From: Octopus bimaculoides
Taxonomy: Eukaryota
Direction: 5' to 3'
DNA length: 64,000 nucleotides
Assembly (NCBI RefSeq): GCF_001194135.2
Contig: NC_069002.1
Location: 16,380,913-16,444,912 of the forward strand
The translations under genes and the position numbers were made by a program. Under the pieces are notes generated by a model. That model made no database searches. It was given only the letters and a program-made list of their open reading frames with translations, and was not told where the DNA came from. Positions 39,701 through 48,700 of this stretch are shown one piece after another (within the stretch, counting starts at the first letter, position 1; each line of letters opens with the position of its first letter).

Positions 39701-42700
39701 ATTAAAATTATTATTAAGAAGGTGGCAAGCTGGTACAATCATTAGCATGCCACATAAAATGCTTAGTGACCTTTCATCCTTTTGAGGGTCAATGAAATAA
39801 GTACCGGTTATGCGCTGTTGCTGTATTTGACTAGCCCCCCCCCCTCCCACCAAAATTTTGGGCCTTGTGGTTATAGTGAAAGGGATGGCAAGTTGGCAGA
39901 ATCATTAGTGTGCTGGATGAGGTGCTTAGCAGTATTACATCTGTCACTGTGTTCTGAGTTCAAATTCCGCCAAGGTTGACTTTGTTTTTCATCTTTTCAA
40001 GGTCTTTAAATTAAGTACCAGTGAAACACTGGGGTTGATGTAATCAACTAACTCCCCCTCCCCTCAAAATTGCTAGCTTTGTGCCAAAATTAGCAACCAT
40101 TATTATCATCATCATTATTATTATTATTAATGTTGTTATTATTTTTGTTTGTCTAGGGTCACAACAAACCAATAACAGCCCTGGCCACCACACCTGACAG
40201 AAAATTGGTTTTCACTGGCTGCAGTTCTGGTCACATCAATATCCTTTCGTCTTTGTTCACTGTATTTGTTATTCTATGTTTACTGTATGTTTTTAATGTG
40301 TTTGTTTTATTTTTATTCCTGACTTATAACATTGTAGTCTTCTATAACACTTAGGAAATAGAATGTATAATGAATGGGTGCAGGGGTGTATAGTGAGAAG
40401 ACCAGATATTTGGAAGGTGTATTTTGCTGATAATAAAGACTGTGTTTATGATGCATTGAGAGTGGAATGTAGAAATGATGAGAAGGGATACAAAGAACAG
40501 GTGGGGTATATAATGAGAAGACTAGATATTTGGAAGGTGTATTTTGCTAAAAATAAAGAGTGTATATATGACGTATTGAGTGTGGAATGTAGAAGCAATG
40601 TCTCATCTAATGTGTTTGGTCTTTTGGCCTAAACTGGTCTCTGGTCCTTAACTGGCCCTGGGAAGATGGAAGATAAAATTGAATTCAGTGTTATTTGAAC
40701 TCAGTCTATCAGTTCACTGCCTAGTGAGATGATTTATGAATATAGAGTGATTTGATTAATGAAGAATTGATCAGTATATAGTAATGTCATTAATGAGGGT
40801 GTATGCAGTGATTTATTTAATGTGATTACAACATAATAAAGCTCGTCTGAGGATTTATTCATCAACCTAAAGAAATTTCTGGGCAAATGAATAAAATGAA
40901 TTTTTTAAATTATTATTATTATTGTTATTATTAATAATAATAATAAGTTGATAATGATGATAATAAGTTGATAATGTAATAATAATAATTATTATGATAA
41001 GTTGATAATGATGATAATAAGAAGTTGATAATGTAATAATAATAAGTTGGTAAAGATAACAATAAGTTAATAATGCTAATCCATTGCTAGAGTTAAATCC
41101 TCTAGAGTGTTCATCAGATTTGGGAATGTGTGTGTTACAACAATACTTAATGCTATCTGTTTATTAATTGTCAAATGAATGCTATTTATGGCTGAGGATG
41201 AATGATTATGATAATGACGATGATTTAAAGCTTTTCCTTAATTCCTGTCACATTACTGGGATCTTGTCAATGGACTTGATGATAGAATCGTTGGTAAACC
41301 TCACCAGAGTCAGATACAGGATCTTGTGGTGTCTGGCGATAATTTGATTTCCATCAGCATGGACGACACAATTCGATTCACCTCAATTTCCTCAATGCAA
41401 TACGGGTAGGTTCTTCAGAATCTGATCCTTCTTTCAGCTTGCAGAATTCCATTTATTGTGTCCCTCAGGGTGAAATGCCTTTGTTAGTGTCTCATGTTCC
41501 TAACTTTAAATTTAGAGATTCAGAAGTTTGCAACAGAGGGGACTCAGCTAAAGGAACCCAAACTGATGGATTAAGTCTACCACCTAAGTAAACCACAGCA
41601 GATACAGTTCCTTATTTAAGTTACCATTATTGTAAGACCTCATCCAAGACCTCATCCAAAGGAAAAATTCAGTAAAAAGCACCCTTTGAACACTGGGCGA
41701 TATGCTGTGCCTGAGAAGACCCATCAAGTCAAGTGAGATCATAGTCGTTGCTGATGCCAGTGTTTCATAACTGGCATCTGTGCCATTGGCATGTAAAAAG
41801 CATCTTTTGAACCTTGGGCATCAGAGAGGCAGTGACAAGTGACCAAGACCTTTGACAATATACTGTGCTTGAAAAAAACCTGTCAAGCCAAGTGAGATTG
41901 TAATCATGGCCAATGCCAGTGTTTTGTCAAAAGCACCCATTACACTCTTGGAGTGGTTGGCGTAAGGAAGGGTATCCAGCTGTAGAAACCATGCCAAATC
42001 AGATTGGAACCTGGTGCAGATCCCCAGCTTACCACTTTTCAGTCAAACTGTCCAACCCATGCCAGCATAGAAAACTGATGTTATGATTGACAGTTTTAAT
42101 GAAGTTCAACATGGTTGAACAATCAATCCCAACCAGTTGGGATGCACGGAACAGGTTGTACTATTCATCTTTTTGATCGCTGAACACAAGAGGTGGCTCA
42201 TGAGACTTCCGTTCGGGTTATTATCCTGAGTTACCAGCTCATCCTTGCATCCCAATCCATCACAGAGTTATCCATTCACAGCTGAGTGGACAGGGGCAGT
42301 GTGGAATGAAGTGTTTTTGCTCAAGAACACAACTCACAACCAGTTTGGGAATTGAAACCACAATCTTGCAATTGTGAGTGTAGCATCTAAACCACTAGGC
42401 TACAAACATTGTTTATATGTTTTCTCTCCAGGGATGAGTTATGTATATGTAGTCTTAAGAAACAATCAGAAATACTACAAATTGTAGTGATTGTATATTT
42501 AATGTCCTCTGTTTAATGACTAATTTATTTTATTTTTACTTTTATTTTTGTATGTCATTAACACACACACACACACAGATTTTTTTTGTTTTTTATCTTT
42601 TACTTGTTTCCATTATTAGACTGTGGCCATGCTGGGGCACTGACTTGAAGGGATTTAGTCAAACAAATCAATCCCAGGACTTATTTCTTTTTTAAAGCCT

Positions 42701-45700
42701 GTTACTTATTCTCTCAGTCTCTTTTGTTGAACCATTAAGTTACGGGGATGAAAATACACTAACACTGGTTGTCAAGCAGTGATGTGGGACAAAGACAGAT
42801 ACAAATACACACACACACACATATATAGATATATACAGACACACACACATATATGATGGGCTTCTTTTAGTTTCCATCTCTCAAGTCCACTCACAAGGCT
42901 TTGGTTTGCTTGAGGCTATAATAGAAGACACTTGCCCAAGGTGCCAATGCAGTAGGACGGAACCCAGAACCATGTGTATGTGTGTGTCCATGTATGGAAG
43001 GGAATCCAATTGTAGAAACCGTGCCAAAGCAAACATCAGAGCTTGGCATAGTCCCGTGTCTCACTAGCTCTTGTTAAACCATCCAACCCATGCCAGCATG
43101 GAAAATGAATGTTAGATAATGATGATGATACACACATATATACATACACATGCACACATACACACATATTTATATATACACTCACACATAGTGTTGATAT
43201 TTTTCCATTTTAATTACTATTTTCAGAAATGCCTCAGTAAAATTAGAATCTCAGCCCCGTGCAGTTGCAGTCCACAACAACCTTACTGCAGTTGCCTGTG
43301 TCAAACATGTAATTATTGGGGGTTTTTTTTTTTATTATCTTCTTTCTGCTTTCATGTTGCTGTTTAGCCCCAGGTCAATTCTTGTTTAATAGACTTATAA
43401 TCCAAGGCCAGTTTTCACCGATTCAAAGTTGTTTGTTAGTTGTAGTAGTACAAATAGGATCACATTGTCCTTCTTTTTTTAAAGATGATTGAATGAGTTA
43501 TTTCTAACAACCATGTAGAAGCTCCCTCATTAGTTAAAAAATTATATTTAGAGCAGAAGTGGGAGGAGAAACAGGCAGAGGAAGGCAACTAAATGCAATT
43601 CCTGTGAATATAGAATATTGTTCTGCCAACTTTTGCTGTTATTGTTGAGTACAGTCAGGAGAGTATAGTGAATAGAGTACAGTTCCTAGAGTACAACTGG
43701 TGGTAAATAGACATCCATGGTTTCAATGGTGGGTATCGTGTGGTTATCTGAGCCCCTTGTACATTGACTCAGCCTCCGAATGGTTGAGTGTTCCTTAGGC
43801 AGAATCAGCAGGGGACCTAATGAACTGCAGGTACAATCCATCTGACAGGCTTCCAAACAGTTTCCATCCTGATGTCAAGATTTTGGTCAACCAGTGACTC
43901 AGGTACACTCAACATGCTTTGCAATGGGATTGAACCTGTGGCCTCACACATGCACGTGTTTCATCTGTTTGCTTTTTTTATTTTAATTAATTTTGTATTT
44001 ATCATATTTTATGAACAGTTGTATTGTTGGTTACATGTCTGCAACTGACCAATCACTGGTTCACTACATTCCTGACTGCAAGAGTAACAAGGGAGTGCCT
44101 GTAACTTGGCACAGAACAAATTTAATGAGATTTCATTCAAAGAAAGAAAACAAGAATTTCAGTCCCTTCTTTGATGTTTGTTGCCTTTGACAATATCAGA
44201 AAATGGAAGACATCATCTTTCCATTTCTGTTAATTAAAATTCTTCACACAAGGCATTGGTTTAAGCCAGTTCTATGGGAGTCCATGTGGAGGTGCAATGA
44301 CCCAGTGGTTAGGGCAGCAGACTTGCGGTCATAGGATCGCGGTTTCAATTCCCAGACTGGGCGTTGTGAATGTTTATTGAGCGAAAACACCTAAAGCTCC
44401 ACGAGGTTCCGGCAGGGGATGGTGGCGAACCCTGCTGTACTCTTTCACCCACAACTTTCTCTCACTCTTACTTCCTGTTTCTGTTGTGCCTGTAATTCAA
44501 AGGGTCAGCCTTGTCACACTGTGTCACGCTGAATATCCCTGAGAACTACGTTAAGGGTACACGTGTCTGTGGAGTGCTCAGCCATTTGCACGTTAATTTC
44601 ACGAGCAGGCTGTTCCGTTGATCGGATCAACTGGAACCCTTGACGTCGTAAGCGACGGAGTGCCAACTCATGGGAGCCCATGGCCATTCCTGGTTCCTGC
44701 TTGAATAAGTGTAGCAGTTGTTTAACCCCAGGTCAGCCCTGATCCCCCAGACTATCATCAAAGTTGCTCCACCCATGACCATCTTACTTTTTCCTTATTA
44801 TTTTTCAGCATAGTATGTTTAGGTTGGTGTGACCTTCAGTGGATGAGATGTATGGGAATTTTGACTTCTATTTCTATACTGTTAGATACCCCTCACCATT
44901 GTATTTATTCTTTTATGGTGTTAGGTAGGTGATAGTGGTTCAATTTCTCTTCTCTTCTCTGTTATTTTAACAAATGTTTTTTTTCTTTTCCAGGTAATAT
45001 TATTGCAAGGTGAACGCATTGTCCTAACACTGCCAATTTCATATGATGGATGTTCAGTTGCTTTTAATGTGAATGGCTCACTGTTGGCAGTGGGTGGACT
45101 GGTAAGTTGTTATATTTTCTGTGAGAAAATCTTGTTGATATTTAGAAATGTTTGTCTGAGTTCTCCATTCTCACAGAATGAAGAATGTTTTGTTCTATAA
45201 CTGAAGCTTTAAATCATCATCTTGGGTGCTTCCTCTGCTAATCCTGTGGATTAAGGTCTCAGTAGGGGTACTGACTGTGACCACCCTTATAAGGTACACA
45301 TTTCAGTGAGATGCGTGAGCATCATGGCCTTCTTGTTTCTTATTTCTTATTTCTTTATTGCCCACAAGGGGCTAAACATAGAGGGGGACAAACAAGGACA
45401 GACAAAGGGATTAAGTCGATTACATCGACCCCAGTACGCAACTGGTACTTAATTTACCGACCTCGAAAGGATGAAAGGCAAAGTCGACCTCGGTGGAATT
45501 TGAACTCAGAACGTAACAGCAGACGAAATATCGCTAAGCATTTCGCCCGGCAGGGTAACGTCTCTGCCAGCTCACCGCCTTCTTGTTTCTAAATATCCTA
45601 CTTCATTCACCAACTGCCTTCAACTTCACTGTTAGACTCTGTGCTAATCTACTCAATCTCTTGGTCAATTTCCCTCGTCCTCTTTTTCTTCAATTGAATT

Positions 45701-48700
45701 GAGCCCTCATAGCACTCTTTATTACAACCTATACACCAATATTCTGGGACTTTGGACCAACCTGCTCACCAACCAACCAACCAACCAGCCAACCAACGTA
45801 TCATATATCTCCTTCCAATTCCTCTCTCTGCTGCCCAGGTAACATTCTATTGACAGAATCTAAAGACCTAGAGTGTTAGATTCCTTGATATGCAGACAGC
45901 TGATCAAAATACAATTTATCAAACAGTTGGCTTTTAAAAACCAATCAATTGAAGTGACATTTGATTGAAGCAGTAATTAGTAACAAATTTTTAAATAATT
46001 TCACTGGGAATTTAGCAGAAAATTCCCCAAAATGTTTTTTTTTTTTTTGTATTCAAATGTTTATATCAGTTATAACTTGCAGTTAGATTATTGTGAAAAT
46101 TTGCCGTATTGCAGAAAAAGCAGTTTTTTGTAATATAGTCATTTTTGCTAAAAGTAATGTCGTGCACATGTGATTATCAATTACATAACTAAAAGAAACA
46201 TACACAAANNNNNNNNNNNNNNNNNNNNNNNNNNNNNNNNNNNNNNNNNNNNNNNNNNNNNNNNNNNNNNNNNNNNNNNNNNNNNNNNNNNNNNNNNNNN
46301 NNNNNNNNNNNNNNNNNNNNNNNNNNNNNNNNNNNNNNNNNNNNNNNNNNNNNNNNNNNNNNNNNNNNNNNNNNNNNNNNNNNNNNNNNNNNNNNNNNNN
46401 NNNNNNNNNNNNNNNNNNNNNNNNNNNNNNNNNNNNNNNNNNNNNNNNNNNNNNNNNNNNNNNNNNNNNNNNNNNNNNNNNNNNNNNNNNNNNNNNNNNN
46501 NNNNNNNNNNNNNNNNNNNNNNNNNNNNNNNNNNNNNNNNNNNNNNNNNNNNNNNNNNNNNNNNNNNNNNNNNNNNNNNNNNNNNNNNNNNNNNNNNNNN
46601 NNNNNNNNNNNNNNNNNNNNNNNNNNNNNNNNNNNNNNNNNNNNNNNNNNNNNNNNNNNNNNNNNNNNNNNNNNNNNNNNNNNNNNNNNNNNNNNNNNNN
46701 NNNNNNNNNNNNNNNNNNNNNNNNNNNNNNNNNNNNNNNNNNNNNNNNNNNNCCAATCAACGGAACAGCCTGCTCGTGAAATTAACGTGCAAGTGGCTGA
46801 GCACTCCACAGACACGTGTACCCTTAATGTAGTTCTCGGGGATATTCAGCGTGACACAGTGTGACAAGGCTGACCCTTTGAATTACAGGCACAACAGAAA
46901 CAGGAAGTAAGAGTGAGAGAAAGTTGTGGTGGAAGAGTACAGCAGGGTTCGCCACCATCTCCTGCCGGAGCCTTGTGGAGTTTTAGGTGTTTTCGCTCAA
47001 TAAACACTCACAACGCCCGGTCTGGGAATCGAAACCGCGATCCTATGACCGCGAATCTGCTGCCCTAACTACTGGGCCATTGCGCCTCCACTTTGAAATG
47101 ATTAAACAAGAAAGATTTGAACCGTTTAGCATTTAAACTACACGTCGTATACCTCTGTTTCTAACTCCTGTCTCTACTACGCAGCTAATGTTCTATGAAC
47201 AGAACTAAGGAACTGAAGTGTTAGATTCTTTGATATGCAAATAGCTCATTGAATTATAATTTATCAAAAACTGTTGACCAAAAAAAAAAACAATTGAGAT
47301 CACAGTTGATTGAATTTCATTAATTGCAACAAATTTTAAAGTAATTTCTTTCTAGGAGAAAAAGTTATAGTGCCTCGTTTTATTAGAATAATTCTTTATG
47401 CTCTAAAACCTTTTTAAAAACCAGTTAATTCAAGAATTCACAAATACAGCTTCACTATTTCATGTTTCGTTGGGTTTAAACTTGAAATGATAACGATTAT
47501 AATTGTGTTGAAGTGTTAATTACAGTAAAAACATTAACGCTGCCCCTTCCCTCAAAAATTGAATAACTGTAGATTTTGTAGAAGTTATGACATAAGAACA
47601 TAATTTAAACTGCATTGAAAATATTAACATTTCCCGTCCCTCTTTGAATATTTGCAGATTTGTAGCAGTTATTCTTGGCACTTCGTTGCTTACGACGACG
47701 AGGGTTCCAGTTGATCCGATCAACGGAACAGCCTGCTCGTGAAATTAACGTGCAAGTGGCTGAGCACTCCACAGACACGTGTACCCTTAGCGTAGTTCAC
47801 GGGCAGATTCAGCGTGACACAGAGTGTGACAAGGTTGGCCCTTCGAATTCCAGGCACAATAGCAGTTATTATATAGGATATAAGGGACATGAACTCTTAA
47901 CATTCTGTAAAACAAGAGCCTGCAACTTTCTGATGATGTTGCACTTCCTGAAATTGCAGAAATCATACCAATCAAGTGTGTATGTGTGTGTTTGCATGTG
48001 TGTGCATATGCCTGTGTTTGTATGTCAGCTGCTGGTTCTCAAAAGTGAAAGTAAATTAACTAATGATTTTCTCATTTTTTTTTTTTCCTCTTTTAACAGA
48101 ATTCTTTCCATGTTTACAATGTCAACAACTGTACTTTGACAGAAGCCAAAGTTGTTGAGGAATCGGGCACTGTCAGAGATCTGGCTTTTTCACCTGATGG
48201 CCAATACTTGGCCACAGGTAATGATTCAAGATATGTTATCGCTTATAGCCTTTCTAATTACTCTGTAAGTATGTTTTTCCCATTGTTTTCATTGAATGTC
48301 GTAGTTATTGTATAGCCCTAGGCCTACCTTAATCGAGCAAGTCTATAGTATGTAGACTCTTCACTGAAGAATGATATGAAACAATAATAATGATATGATG
48401 CAATAACCCTAACTCCCAGAGATTTTGTAATTCTGTCTTCTTAATAACAGTGACATATGGTGGTTCTTGTATTGGGTGCGCTGCCACACCAAATTCTACC
48501 AAATTTCAAGCAGGGGTATAACAAAAGTTTTCCCTTAAACTTTGTGATTAAATTAATGAGTAATATCTTTAATGAATTTGCCATTTTCAATGGGTGCGCA
48601 GTGCACCCCTAGCACACTTGGAATATATGTCCCTGCTTAATAACCACACGCTACATTCTGACATACACTGGTTAATTCAAATGTGGCATATCTGCATATG

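Larger units (their letters stand above)
40239..41251 (+). other. U12-type (minor spliceosome) AT-AC intron, WDR1 intron 10 (1013 bp)
   Basis: 5' splice site ATATCCTTT; branch site TTCCTTAAT at 41234-41242, about 10 nt from the terminal AC (41250-41251); splicing restores the conserved GHI-N-YWD. Confidence 0.93.

Noticed and set aside
40363-40632. 89-aa ORF with a 40-aa internal repeat as a nested gene
   Set aside because: About 10 of the 11 codon differences between the repeat units are non-synonymous, so there is no sign of coding constraint
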